Source: Eubacteriales bacterium
GTDB taxonomy: Bacteria; Bacillota; Clostridia; Oscillospirales; CAG-272
Assembly: GCA_045604985.1 (NCBI GenBank)
Contig: JAZUPD010000087.1
Coordinates: 1,647-65,646 of the forward strand
Direction: 5' to 3'
DNA length: 64,000 nt
The notes beneath the pieces were generated by a model. That model did not search any database, was not told the DNA's origin, and was given only the letters and a program-made list of their open reading frames with translations. The position numbers were made by a program, and so were the translations under genes. Below, in pieces: positions 9,901-18,610 of this stretch. Position 1 is the stretch's first letter. Each line of letters opens with the position of its first letter.

Positions 9901-10531
9901 CAAGACGCTTAATTATTCTCGTCTTTTTCTGACCACTTGCAGTCTGAAGCTCCGCACGAAGTTCTTTCGACAGAGCAACGATATCCACCTGGCGGAGAAG
10001 CTCACGGATCGCTTCTGCGCCCATTCCGACACGGAATTCATCACCGTAAAGCTCATAATACTCATTAAACTGTCTTTCGCTGAGAACCATACCCTTCTGG
10101 AGAGGAGTAAGTCCCGGATCAAGAACAACATTTTCTGCAAAATATAGAACCTGCTCAAGCTGCTTTGGAGACATATCGAGTACGAGAGCCATGCGGGAAG
10201 GTATTGCCTTGAAATACCAGATATGGGAAACGGGAGCTGCAAGCTCTATATGACCCATTCTTTCGCGACGAACCTTTTTTGTTGTTACATCAACACCGCA
10301 TTTTTCGCACCTAACTATCTCTTTATTGTGGGAATTTTTATACTTTCCGCACATACAAGCGCCATCCTTTGTAGGACCGAAGATACGCTCGCAGAAAAGA
10401 CCGCCAATTTCAGCTTTAAGAGTTCTGTAGTTAATCGTTTCAGGCTTAGTTACCTCACCATAAGACCATTCACGGATCATATCGGGGGAAGCAAGACTGA
10501 TTTTTATAGAAGCAAACTCATTATGTTCCAT
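6980..10531 (-). CDS. rpoC: DNA-directed RNA polymerase subunit beta'
   Basis: [37 protein letters not shown]..., NADFDGDQM catalytic motif and zinc-finger cysteines. Start set at ATG 10531 by the conserved N-terminus. ATG 10549 and 10600 are in frame and cannot be excluded. Confidence 0.95.
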   Translation of the reverse strand: MEHNEFASIKISLASPDMIREWSYGEVTKPETINYRTLKAEIGGLFCERIFGPTKDGACMCGKYKNSHNKEIVRCEKCGVDVTTKKVRRERMGHIELAAPVSHIWYFKAIPSRMALVLDMSPKQLEQVLYFAENVVLDPGLTPLQKGMVLSERQFNEYYELYGDEFRVGMGAEAIRELLRQVDIVALSKELRAELQTASGQKKTRIIKRLEVVESFRKSGNNVDWMILDVLPVIPPEIRPMVQLDGGRFASSDINELYRRVIARNNRLKKLQEIRTPEIVIRNEKRMLQEAVDALIDNGRRGKPVTGPSNRPLKSLSEMLRGKQGRFRQNLLGKRVDYSGRSVIVVGPQLKIYQCGLPREMALELFKPFVVKRLVEMQKATNVRDAQRKIDRVFPEVWDALENVIKEHPVLLNRAPTLHRLSIQAFEPVLVDGRAIKLHPLVCTAFNADFDGDQMPVHVPLSAEAQAEARFLMLSANNLLKPSDGRAVTVPSQDMVLGSYYLTMEKDGEPGEGRVFRDFDEAMMAYANGQLGIHAKIKIRMEKEIDGVKKSKIIDATLGRLIFNRPLPQDLGFVERNEENMFDLEIMFVTGKKQLGQIIDRCIKYHGFSVTADVLDHIKEMGYKYSTRAAFSISVYDMTVPPEKKDILAEAEKQVEKISEHYMMGELSEEERYKSVIAIWDNTTNAVTGELQKSLSRYNPIKIMSDSGARGSMAQMRQLAGMRGLMFSATGKTMEIPIRSNFREGMKIFEYFMGAKSSRKSLSDTALRTADSGYLTRRLVDVSQEVIVKEDKCDTTKGAWVSDICNEEGNVIEPLRDRLWGRFTMGPVVDPKTGEILVEDDTMMDDEDVKKIIDAGIEQVYIRTLIQCHAKQGVCARCYGSDLASGKLVSVGESVGIIAAQSIGEPGTQLTMRTFHSGGIAGSDITQGLPRVEELFEARTPKKAAIMAEVSGIAHTRLSESTHTNEIVIQSDETGESVKYPIPYGWAITINDGDHVTVGQALTKGSKSPADIKRIQGLDAVYDYIIRETHSVYRSQSVDINDKHVEIIARQMTRKIRVDDPGDTDLLVGSLIDIGEFEEANLTLEERAKAEGVTLQPAEGTRELLGITKAALQTESFLSASSFQETTKVLTDSAIKGKIDHLVGLKENVIIGKLIPAGTGMDKYREIEVEHTGMDFLDDDSIA

Positions 10532-10654
10532 ATATTTATATAACCTCATCCGTGCAAAATCACGGAAACTCCTCTTTTCAATGAATTTTTCGGCATCCAA
10601 TAATGCTGGATGTCAAAGATTCGGTATCTGACCGAATTTTAAAGATGATTTTTA

Positions 10655-13600
10655 TCAGAAATTTTCTTCAAAATCAACATCCTCATCAATTACATCAATT
10701 CCAAAGCTCTCGTCTGTATAAACTTCTTCTTCGGGATCAATCTCATCGCCATTTTCATCGGTCACGGTAAAGGAATCGTAAATATCCTTGGTTTCAACAT
10801 TGCCTTCAAAGTCAGAATCCTCATACCTTACGTCCCTGTTTCTCTTATAAGGAATGGGGGCGTCCTCATTACAGAGAGTTGACAGCTGGATCTCCTCGCC
10901 GTTCTTATCGAGTACGCGAACATCAAGTGCAAGAGACTGAAGCTCCTTAACCAGAACCTTGAAGGACTCGGGAACTCCGGGAGTAGGAATATTCTGACCT
11001 TTGATGATCGCTTCATAAGCCTTGCGACGACCCGTAATATCGTCACTCTTAACAGTAAGAATCTCCTGAAGAGTGTAAGCCGCACCGTAAGCCTCAAGCG
11101 CCCAAACTTCCATTTCTCCGAAACGCTGTCCGCCGAACTGAGCTTTACCCCCCAGCGGCTGCTGTGTTACGAGAGCGTATGGACCGTTGGAACGAGCATG
11201 GATCTTATCATCAACAAGGTGATGGAGCTTGAGGTAATACATGATACCGACTGTAACGGGGTTATCGAAGGGCTCACCTGTACGGCCATCGTAAACGATA
11301 CGCTTACCGTCGATAACACGAAGCAGTCCTGCCTCGTAAAGCTCCTTCCATTCCTCTGTTTCGCTTGTAACAGACTCGTCAAGTCTCTGGAGGTCCTGCT
11401 TGCCCTCTTCGGTTGTAACAACCTTGAAGATAGCCTTGCCATCAACATTCTCACCGGGGAGAATTTCACGGCAATAGCCTGCCATATGGAGACATTCGAT
11501 AATATCCTTCTCATTTGCACCATCAAATACGGGCGTCATGATCTTCCAGCCGAGCTTTCTTGCGGCAATACCAAGATGCACCTCAAGAACCTGACCGATA
11601 TTCATTCGGGAAGGAACGCCCAGAGGATTAAGAACGATATCAAGAGATGTTCCGTCAGGAAGGAAAGGCATATCCTCAGGCGGAAGGATTCTCGAAACGA
11701 CACCTTTATTACCGTGGCGACCCGCCATTTTATCTCCGACGGAGATCTTTCTCTTCTGTGCAAGATAAACACGAACCACCTTATTAACGCCCGTGGGGAG
11801 CTCATCGCCGTCTTCTCTGGAGAACACCTTAACATCAACTACAATACCGGATTCACCGTGAGGAACACGGAGAGAGGTATCTCTAACTTCCCTTGCCTTC
11901 TCACCAAAGATTGCTCGAAGCAGTCTTTCTTCGGCAGTAAGCTCAGTTTCACCCTTGGGAGTGATCTTACCCACAAGGATATCGCCTGCGCGAACCTCGG
12001 TACCCTTCTTGATGATACCATCCGCATTAAGATCCTTGAGCGCATCATCACCCACATTGGGAATCTCTCTTGTGATCTCCTCCGGACCCAGCTTTGTATC
12101 TCTGGATTCGTGAGAATATTCTTCAATATGAAGCGATGTATAAACATCATCTCGAACAAGACGCTCGTTAAGAAGAACGGCATCCTCGTAGTTGTAGCCT
12201 TCCCACGTCATAAATCCGATAAGGGCATTCTTTCCAAGAGAAACCTCACCGTTTGAGGTAGCAGGACCGTCAGCAATTACCTGACCTTCCGCTATCTCTT
12301 CGCCTCTCTCAACGATAGGCTTCTGATTTATACAAGTACCTTGGTTCGTTCTCTTGAACTTGATAAGTCTGTACTTATCTTTTGTACCCTCATTGTTTCT
12401 GATAACGATCTCGTCTGCATCAACGCTTTCAACAACTCCCGCATTCTTTGCAAGAACAACGACACCTGAATCGCAAGCCGCCTGATATTCCATACCAGTT
12501 CCGACAATGGGTGACTCGGTAAGCATAAGCGGAACTGCCTGCTTCTGCATGTTTGAACCCATGAGCGCACGGGTATTATCGTCATTCTCGAGGAAGGGAA
12601 TGCTTGCGGTAGCAACGGAAACGACCATCTTAGGCGAAACGTCGATAAGATCGACCTTGCTCGCCTCGATCTCGATAAAATCTGCCTTGTCTCGGGCGGT
12701 AACCTTCTTGTTTACGAACTTTCCGTTCTCATCAATAGGCTCGTTTGCCTGAGCGATGAGGTATTTATCCTCAACATCGGCAGTCATATAGATAACTTCA
12801 TCTGTAACATAGCTCTCGATCTCGCCGTTTTCGCCCTCAATATGCTTAACAACACGGTAAGGAGCCTCGATAAAGCCATAATCGCTTATGGGGGCATACG
12901 TGGAAAGATAGGAGATGAGACCGATGTTAGGACCTTCAGGGGTCTCGATGGGACACATTCTACCGTAGTGTGTATAATGAACGTCACGAACGTCAAAGGA
13001 AGCACGGTCACGGGACAGACCGCCGGGGCCAAGTGCGGAAAGACGCCTCTTATGGGTAAGCTCTGCCAGCGGGTTTGTCTGATCCATAAACTGAGAGAGC
13101 TGAGAAGAACCGAAGAATTCACGAATAGCGGTTGCAACGGGTCTGATATTGATAAGAGCTTGTGGCGTGAGCTTCTCATTATCTTGAGTCGTCATTCTCT
13201 CTTTAATTATCTTATCCATTCTCGTAAAGCCGATTCGCATCTGGTTCTGGAGCTGCTCGCCAACAGAACGGATACGGCGGTTTCCAAGGTGGTCGATATC
13301 GTCATAAACGCCAACATCATGAGAAAGACCGAGGAGATAGTTGATAGTTGCAAAGATATCGTCCTTTGTGATATGCTTAGGACAAAGCTCTGCTATTCTG
13401 CGGCGGCAGGTATCCTTAATTGCGTCAACATCGCCTCCGCATTCCTCCATGATCTCAAGAAGAATGTTTGTTCTTACTCTCTCCTTGATTCCGCAATCAC
13501 GGAGATCAAAGCCGAGAAGGCTCTCGGGATAAATCGTATTATTACCAAATACCTTGACGATGGTTCCGTCGTCAAGCTCTATCTTGCAGGCATTGATTGC

Positions 13601-14611
13601 ATTGTTTTCAACATTTGCTGCCTTTTCAGCATCCATTATCTCGCCTGCCTCGTAGACCACCTCACCCGTAAGGGGATTGATGACAGCCTCTGCAAGCTTA
13701 TGACCACGGATTCTCGCCGCCACAGACATCTTCTTGTCAAACTTATAGCGGCCCACGGGAGCGATATCATATCTCTTAGGATCAAAGAAATAGTTACCCA
13801 GAAGCGTCTGAGCACTTTCAACCAGCGGAGGCTCACCGGGACGGAGCTTCTTATAGATTTCCTTCAGTGCCTCGATGCCGGGAGTTGTTCTGTTACGAAG
13901 TGCAAGCTCCTCGGATTCGTCTTTTTCAAAAGTAACGACGAGCTTTTCTTCTTCACCGAACATCTCGTAAATATCCGCCTGGCTCATTTCGCCCTCACCA
14001 TTCGGTCCAACGCTGAGAGCGCGGATGAACATAGTAACGGGGAGCTTACGGTTCTTATCTATACGAACGTAGAAAACGCCGTTGATATCAGTTTCATATT
14101 CAAGCCAAGCACCACGGTAAGGAATGACCTGAGCGGTATAAGTTCTCTTACCCGACTTGTCTATGTCAGAAGCATAGTACATACCGGGGGAACGAACGAT
14201 CTGCGAAACGATAACACGCTCTGCGCCATTGATAACGAATGTACCGTTATCCGTCATGAGCGGGAAATCGCCCATATAAATATCCGTCTGCTTGATTTCG
14301 CCCGTATGCTTGTTTGTGAGACGAACGTTTACACGGAGGGGCGCTGCGTAGTTAGCGTCTCTCTCCTTGCATTCCTCAACGGAATATTTTGGGGTGGGGT
14401 CGATGGTGTACGACAGAAAATCAATCTGGAGATTTCCCGAATAGTCCGTTATAGGGGAAACGTCCTGAAGCACCTCGCCGAGACCTTCCTCAAGGAACCA
14501 CTTGTAGGATTTGGTCTGGATCTCGAGAAGATTCGGGAGCTCCAAAGTTGTGCGAGCCTTAGAAAAGCTCATTCTGACATTTTTTCCAAGTCGTTGTTCT
14601 TTAATAACCAT
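10655..14611 (-). CDS. rpoB: DNA-directed RNA polymerase subunit beta
   Basis: 1318 aa with [17 protein letters not shown], the rifampicin-cluster region [34 protein letters not shown], and [22 protein letters not shown] lies 8 nt before the ATG. Confidence 0.97.
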   Translation of the reverse strand: MVIKEQRLGKNVRMSFSKARTTLELPNLLEIQTKSYKWFLEEGLGEVLQDVSPITDYSGNLQIDFLSYTIDPTPKYSVEECKERDANYAAPLRVNVRLTNKHTGEIKQTDIYMGDFPLMTDNGTFVINGAERVIVSQIVRSPGMYYASDIDKSGKRTYTAQVIPYRGAWLEYETDINGVFYVRIDKNRKLPVTMFIRALSVGPNGEGEMSQADIYEMFGEEEKLVVTFEKDESEELALRNRTTPGIEALKEIYKKLRPGEPPLVESAQTLLGNYFFDPKRYDIAPVGRYKFDKKMSVAARIRGHKLAEAVINPLTGEVVYEAGEIMDAEKAANVENNAINACKIELDDGTIVKVFGNNTIYPESLLGFDLRDCGIKERVRTNILLEIMEECGGDVDAIKDTCRRRIAELCPKHITKDDIFATINYLLGLSHDVGVYDDIDHLGNRRIRSVGEQLQNQMRIGFTRMDKIIKERMTTQDNEKLTPQALINIRPVATAIREFFGSSQLSQFMDQTNPLAELTHKRRLSALGPGGLSRDRASFDVRDVHYTHYGRMCPIETPEGPNIGLISYLSTYAPISDYGFIEAPYRVVKHIEGENGEIESYVTDEVIYMTADVEDKYLIAQANEPIDENGKFVNKKVTARDKADFIEIEASKVDLIDVSPKMVVSVATASIPFLENDDNTRALMGSNMQKQAVPLMLTESPIVGTGMEYQAACDSGVVVLAKNAGVVESVDADEIVIRNNEGTKDKYRLIKFKRTNQGTCINQKPIVERGEEIAEGQVIADGPATSNGEVSLGKNALIGFMTWEGYNYEDAVLLNERLVRDDVYTSLHIEEYSHESRDTKLGPEEITREIPNVGDDALKDLNADGIIKKGTEVRAGDILVGKITPKGETELTAEERLLRAIFGEKAREVRDTSLRVPHGESGIVVDVKVFSREDGDELPTGVNKVVRVYLAQKRKISVGDKMAGRHGNKGVVSRILPPEDMPFLPDGTSLDIVLNPLGVPSRMNIGQVLEVHLGIAARKLGWKIMTPVFDGANEKDIIECLHMAGYCREILPGENVDGKAIFKVVTTEEGKQDLQRLDESVTSETEEWKELYEAGLLRVIDGKRIVYDGRTGEPFDNPVTVGIMYYLKLHHLVDDKIHARSNGPYALVTQQPLGGKAQFGGQRFGEMEVWALEAYGAAYTLQEILTVKSDDITGRRKAYEAIIKGQNIPTPGVPESFKVLVKELQSLALDVRVLDKNGEEIQLSTLCNEDAPIPYKRNRDVRYEDSDFEGNVETKDIYDSFTVTDENGDEIDPEEEVYTDESFGIDVIDEDVDFEENF

Positions 14612-14651
14612 GAAAAAGCACTCCTTTTTGAATTCTTGCCTTGATTATGTT

Positions 14652-14679
14652 AAAAAACGCTTGTCCGTCGCAACGGACA
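14652..14679 (-). promoter_or_regulatory. terminator-like hairpin in the rpoB 5' leader (candidate attenuator)
   Basis: Minus strand: TGTCCGT-tgcg-ACGGACA, then agcg and TTTTTT. It lies between the promoter (14777-14805) and the rpoB ATG (14611). Confidence 0.3.
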
Positions 14680-14776
14680 TAAGAAAAGTGGTATTTTTGG
14701 ATGTAAATTTTATGGCATTTTTTGCCTCAAAAAACCAAAAATGGGCATTTTAGAGCAATTATAATCATAGGATAAA

Positions 14777-14805
14777 ATTATACCATATTTTGCACCCTAT
14801 GTCAA
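14777..14805 (-). promoter_or_regulatory. sigmaA-type promoter of rpoBC
   Basis: Minus strand: TTGACA (14805-14800), 17 nt, TGgTATAAT (14782-14777). Perfect consensus hexamers with an extended -10. Confidence 0.6.
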
Positions 14806-14933
14806 GGGATTTTATAAGTATTTTTTGCACAAAATAAACGAAAATCATCGTGCGTTTTAGGTGATAATAACGATTTTGCGAAATCCTGTAACTTTTGTGA
14901 CGATATTTTGTAACTTTATTGTAAATTTAACAG

Positions 14934-14950
14934 CAACAAGCAGCTTGTTG
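14934..14950. repeat. perfect 17-bp palindrome CAACAAGC-A-GCTTGTTG
   Basis: Read directly: 8-nt arms are exact reverse complements around a single central base. Operator-like geometry. Confidence 0.8.
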
Positions 14951-15177
14951 ACTTTGAATGTTACTTATATGCCGTTAAATTGTAATTTGTTGAGCTGTTT
15001 ACCTTACCCTTGGGGGAAGTCGACGGATGATGTGTCACTATAAATAAGTTTTTTACACCTCATCCCTCGCTCTGCGTGAGCTTACCTGCGGGGGAAAGCC
15101 CAAACGTCGCCCTTCAACTCCCCGACAAATTTCCATTTATCACCAGAATACATTTTTTAGCACCAGACAAAACCAAT

Positions 15178-15208
15178 AAAAAAGCTGAGCCAAAAATTTT
15201 GGCTCAGC
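15178..15208 (-). terminator. intrinsic terminator downstream of the ThuA-like gene
   Basis: Minus strand: GCTGAGCCAAAA-t-TTTTGGCTCAGC followed by TTTTTT. Lies 240 nt after the ThuA stop. Confidence 0.55.
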
Positions 15209-15447
15209 CCAAAAAGCTTCATATATGGATAATAAAAACACGCTTACCTTACCAAAGTCGTCATAAACCTATCGTCAAAGGAGCATCTCAGCAAAAATAC
15301 AATCCGACAAAGCCTCATTTGAAACCTCCGGCGAAACGGATATTTTCCGCTGTTAACTCCTTCAAGAGATATTTCAAAGGCTCTGCGGTTGGAACGATAT
15401 CCTTCTGAAGTGATTATGTACGGCTTTTTTATAATCGAACTCGTTTG

Positions 15448-16194
15448 TTATTTGTCAAATTCGTCTTTAATCTTAGTTGTAATATTCGGGCAATCAAGGT
15501 TCTGCTCAAAACCAAAATCATTCGGCTTTGCCCAGCGGACAGCATTGACAATTATTTTTCTTACGTAAGGATTGTAGAAAGATTTGCAAGTCTCATGCCC
15601 CGGCTGGAAGTAGAACACCTTGCCTGCCCCTCTGGTATAGCAAAGACCGCTACGGAAAATATTTCCGTTTTCATACCACGAAGAAAAAACGAGCGCATCG
15701 GGCTGAGGTATATAGAAAGGCTCACCATACATCTCCTCACTTTCGATAAGAAAATGATCGGGAATACCTGCCGCAATGGGATGAGCGGGATTAACATTCC
15801 AAATTATCTCTTTCTGATTGTCGCCCCATGAAAGATTTCCGGTTGAGCCGACGATTCTCTGAAAAGGCTTTGATTTGTGTCCCGAATGAAGCGGAATAAA
15901 GCCCATTCCCTTTGCCATAACTCTGTAAGCTATCTTTTCAACAAGCTCATCTTTAACCTCGTCATGAGCAAGATGTCCCCACCAGATGAGAACATCGGTA
16001 TTTTCGAGAAGGTCATCAGTAAGCCCCTGATCGGGATCGTCAAGAGCAACAAAGGTTGCTTCGATATCAGGTTCTTCATTCAGGAAGCCGCATACAAGCG
16101 CATGTATTCCATCGGGATATAGGCTTTTTACATATTCATTTCTTTTTTCATGTCTGAATTCATGCCAAAAGGTAACCCTTATCTTATTACTCAT
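15448..16194 (-). CDS. ThuA-domain (trehalose utilisation-like) protein
   Basis: IRVTFWHEFRHEK...YPDGIH... at the N-terminus, with overall length (248 aa) typical of ThuA family proteins. Confidence 0.75.
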   Translation of the reverse strand: MSNKIRVTFWHEFRHEKRNEYVKSLYPDGIHALVCGFLNEEPDIEATFVALDDPDQGLTDDLLENTDVLIWWGHLAHDEVKDELVEKIAYRVMAKGMGFIPLHSGHKSKPFQRIVGSTGNLSWGDNQKEIIWNVNPAHPIAAGIPDHFLIESEEMYGEPFYIPQPDALVFSSWYENGNIFRSGLCYTRGAGKVFYFQPGHETCKSFYNPYVRKIIVNAVRWAKPNDFGFEQNLDCPNITTKIKDEFDK

Positions 16195-16233
16195 ATCAAT
16201 CTCCTAAAATTCGCCTAAAAAGGCTTTTTTCAT

Positions 16234-16262
16234 ATTATATCATTTATTTTTTAGTTTTTCAA
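16234..16262 (-). promoter_or_regulatory. sigmaA-type promoter of the ThuA-like gene
   Basis: Minus strand: TTGAAA (16262-16257), 17 nt, TATAAT (16239-16234). Confidence 0.5.
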
Positions 16263-16441
16263 GTATTTTTGTTACTTTTTATATAGCATAACACAAATTT
16301 TATTCAAAAATTCCCATTCATATTTTTGAATTAACGACACACAATAAGCACAGAGACCGAGAGCAATCAAAAGTCTCGATTATAATAGAATTAAAAAGAA
16401 ACAAAAAAAGAACGGTAAATCCGTTCGGAAGGAGAAACACA

Positions 16442-16639
16442 ATGGCAAGTGGTAAGACACTCGTTCCCGAAGCAAAGGAAGCAATGGAAAGATTCAAGAT
16501 GGAAGCTGCAAGCGAGGTAGGTGTTAACCTTTCTCAGGGCTATAACGGCGACCTCACTTCCCGTCAGGCAGGGTCTATCGGCGGTCAGATGGTTAAGAAG
16601 ATGATCGAGTCCTACGAAAACTCCAACAAAACAAAGTAA
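16442..16639 (+). CDS. alpha/beta-type small acid-soluble spore protein
   Basis: 65 aa. LVPEAKEAMERFKMEAASEVGV...TSRQAGSIGGQMVKKMIE matches the two conserved SASP blocks. RBS GGAGA lies 7 nt upstream. Confidence 0.9.
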   Translation: MASGKTLVPEAKEAMERFKMEAASEVGVNLSQGYNGDLTSRQAGSIGGQMVKKMIESYENSNKTK

Positions 16640-16754
16640 TTTATCCTCTATCCTCCTAAAATTTAGATTTTTGGCGTCGGGTGAGTCGGACAACTCATCG
16701 AATGCCTATAAAAATCATTTTTTGAAAGTTATATCTTAATAATTATTCAAAAAA

Positions 16755-16790
16755 GGGACTGTCGCAAAAAAGCGGCAGTCCTGTGTTTTT
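16755..16790 (+). terminator. intrinsic terminator of the SASP gene
   Basis: GGGACTGTCGC-aaaaaa-GCGGCAGTCC followed by tgtgTTTTT. Confidence 0.55.
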
Positions 16791-16909
16791 CATTTGCAAG
16801 AACAAACAGTGGTGCTGATATAATCTCCCACTTCAAACATCGTTATCTTTGAGTTCTTAATATGTTTTTTACATATGTAAGTAAATTAAAGAGGAACGAT
16901 CGGATCTTG

Positions 16910-16938
16910 AAAAAAAGGCGGCTCGTTCCCAAGCCGCC
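16910..16938 (-). terminator. intrinsic terminator of the LRR-dockerin gene
   Basis: Minus strand: GGCGGCTtgggaacGAGCCGCC followed by TTTTTTT. Confidence 0.55.
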
Positions 16939-17027
16939 CAAAAAATGTTAATTAAATCACCTTGTGGTCTTTCAACTCGCTGTCACATAAAACGAGCTGT
17001 TCGACGTTATTAGCACATGCAGAATTT

Positions 17028-18287
17028 TTAAGGAGCAGAAGGTCCTGCAAATTCAACTTTCCAACCTGCAAGATGCTGTTTAAGAAGAAGTGCATCGTTA
17101 ATGTCAACCTCGCCGTCACCGTTACAATCGGCAGCCTGATCATCAATCTCAACCTGCCAACCGGCAAGACTCTGCTCAAGAATGATTGCGTCGTAAATGT
17201 CGACAACTGAGTCGCCGTTTGCATCTCCGCTTACATATGTGAGAAGCTCAAGTACATATCCGTTCCATGTTTCACCCTCAAAGCCTTCTGCGCCTTCGGA
17301 AGCAATCACCTTGAAGCTTGCATCTCTATCGCCAAAGGGCTTAGCATTTTCAGCCACAACAGGAGAATTTCCTGTGAATTTAGCAGAAACAAGGTTTGTG
17401 AGAGCAGCGAATGCACCGTCACCGATCTCTGTGATAGTTTCGGGAATCACTACTTGCGTAACTTCCTCTGCATAAGCACTAATCTTTGTACCAAGATCAG
17501 AAATAGCACCATTACCAATAATGGTCATCACACCATTTTTTATAGTCCAAGCAACAGCTTTGTTGGATGTCTTTCCAAAAGGAACGAACTCAAGTTCGTT
17601 AGCTTCGCAGAATGTTTCAAGATACTCGCTTGAGCCATAGATAGTTTGGATATTATCAGGGAGATAACCCTTCCTCAAAGGAGCTGTTGAGGAATATATA
17701 TCACTGAGAATGACACCCGTTGCTTTAGTACTGCTGTTAAATACGTTAGATTTTGAGAAACTGTTAAGACCGTTAGCACTAGAGCCTACAATAGTTGAGA
17801 AATCAAGAACACCGGGAATTTCAACACTGCCGGTTACACAAATCGTTTCAATATTGGGACAATCATCAAAAGCTGCATTATCTACCTGAATGATCTCCGT
17901 AATTGTGAGTTTCTTAAGGTTGGTTAAACCTTTAAATGCCTCTTTAGTAAATTTTGAAATATTACCAACGAGAACAATTTCCTCAATCTCAGAAGCATAT
18001 TGCTTCAGGCTGTCCGAAGCAGAAATCTTACCTGTTTCATTCCAGTCCCAAGGGCTATTTGTATTGGATCTGATCGTAAGAACGCCCGTTGTTCGGTTGA
18101 ATTCCCAAAGATTTTGGGCTGTTACATTGAACTTACCACCACTCTCCCAGCCGTCAATGAGTTCGCCGTTGACAATGGTCGATTCTGTTTCCTGTTGAGT
18201 CTGCTCTTCAGCGAACGCACCAACCGAAAAGGTCGATACAACCATAAGAACTGCGAGAACTAGACCCATAATGCGTTTAATTTTCAT
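17028..18287 (-). CDS. secreted leucine-rich-repeat (BspA-like) protein with C-terminal type-I dockerin
   Basis: Signal peptide MKIKRIMGLVLAVLMVVSTFSVGAFA. Repeated LRR units of about 22 aa (F.G...L..I.IP..V..I). C-terminal duplicated Ca-binding segments GDANGDSVVDIYDAIILEQSLAG and DCNGDGEVDINDALLLKQHLAG. Start at ATG 18287 after AAAGGAAA. Confidence 0.8.
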   Translation of the reverse strand: MKIKRIMGLVLAVLMVVSTFSVGAFAEEQTQQETESTIVNGELIDGWESGGKFNVTAQNLWEFNRTTGVLTIRSNTNSPWDWNETGKISASDSLKQYASEIEEIVLVGNISKFTKEAFKGLTNLKKLTITEIIQVDNAAFDDCPNIETICVTGSVEIPGVLDFSTIVGSSANGLNSFSKSNVFNSSTKATGVILSDIYSSTAPLRKGYLPDNIQTIYGSSEYLETFCEANELEFVPFGKTSNKAVAWTIKNGVMTIIGNGAISDLGTKISAYAEEVTQVVIPETITEIGDGAFAALTNLVSAKFTGNSPVVAENAKPFGDRDASFKVIASEGAEGFEGETWNGYVLELLTYVSGDANGDSVVDIYDAIILEQSLAGWQVEIDDQAADCNGDGEVDINDALLLKQHLAGWKVEFAGPSAP

Positions 18288-18539
18288 TTTGTGTTTCCTT
18301 TCAGTGTGAAAATATTTATTTTCGGACGCTTTTTTCGGCGTCAAAAATACAAAATAATGGTTAAAGAACTATCTATTTAAATATTATACATTAACCACCA
18401 AAAAAAGTCAATACTTTTTTCCCACTTTTAAGTAAGTTTCTCAATTATTTTTCAACAAAAAAAAAATAAAAATTTTGTTGTGTTTCAACAAAAATGTCCA
18501 AAAATATGCAAGATGGAAAGAGTAATATTAAAATATGTA

Positions 18540-18569
18540 TTGACAGGACACGCTTCCTTATGTTATAAT
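18540..18569 (+). promoter_or_regulatory. sigmaA-type promoter of the CapA-like gene
   Basis: TTGACA (18540-18545), 18 nt, TGtTATAAT (18564-18569). Confidence 0.5.
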
Positions 18570-18610
18570 ATGTGTTGTATGTCATAATAACGCTTTTCGG
18601 AGGAAATAAG

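Noticed and set aside
12842-14644. 600-aa ORF on the plus strand
   Set aside because: It lies entirely antisense to rpoB, whose identity is unambiguous. The translation is low-complexity with no recognisable motifs and no RBS. This is a typical shadow ORF of a long, codon-biased gene.
15076-15408. 110-aa plus-strand ORF and 60-aa ORF (14861-15043) in the rpoB upstream spacer
   Set aside because: Neither has a Shine-Dalgarno. The composition is proline/lysine-rich and low-complexity. One runs straight through the ThuA terminator hairpin. The region is better described as non-coding.
16195-16441. Search for a sigmaG or sigmaF promoter upstream of the SASP gene
   Set aside because: CACAATA at 16340-16346 fits a CAHWHTA -10, but there is no matching -35, and it would leave an unusually long 96-nt leader. 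A TATAAT at 16381 has no -35. No promoter could be supported, so none was reported.
16826-16945. Extended -10 like element (TGaTATAAT, about 16826-16834) and a 13-codon TTG ORF (MKKRRLVPKPPKKC) running through the hairpin at 16917-16938
   Set aside because: There is no -35. The hairpin has its U-tract only on the opposite strand, where it terminates the LRR-dockerin gene. RBS spacing is poor at 11 nt. The evidence is too weak.
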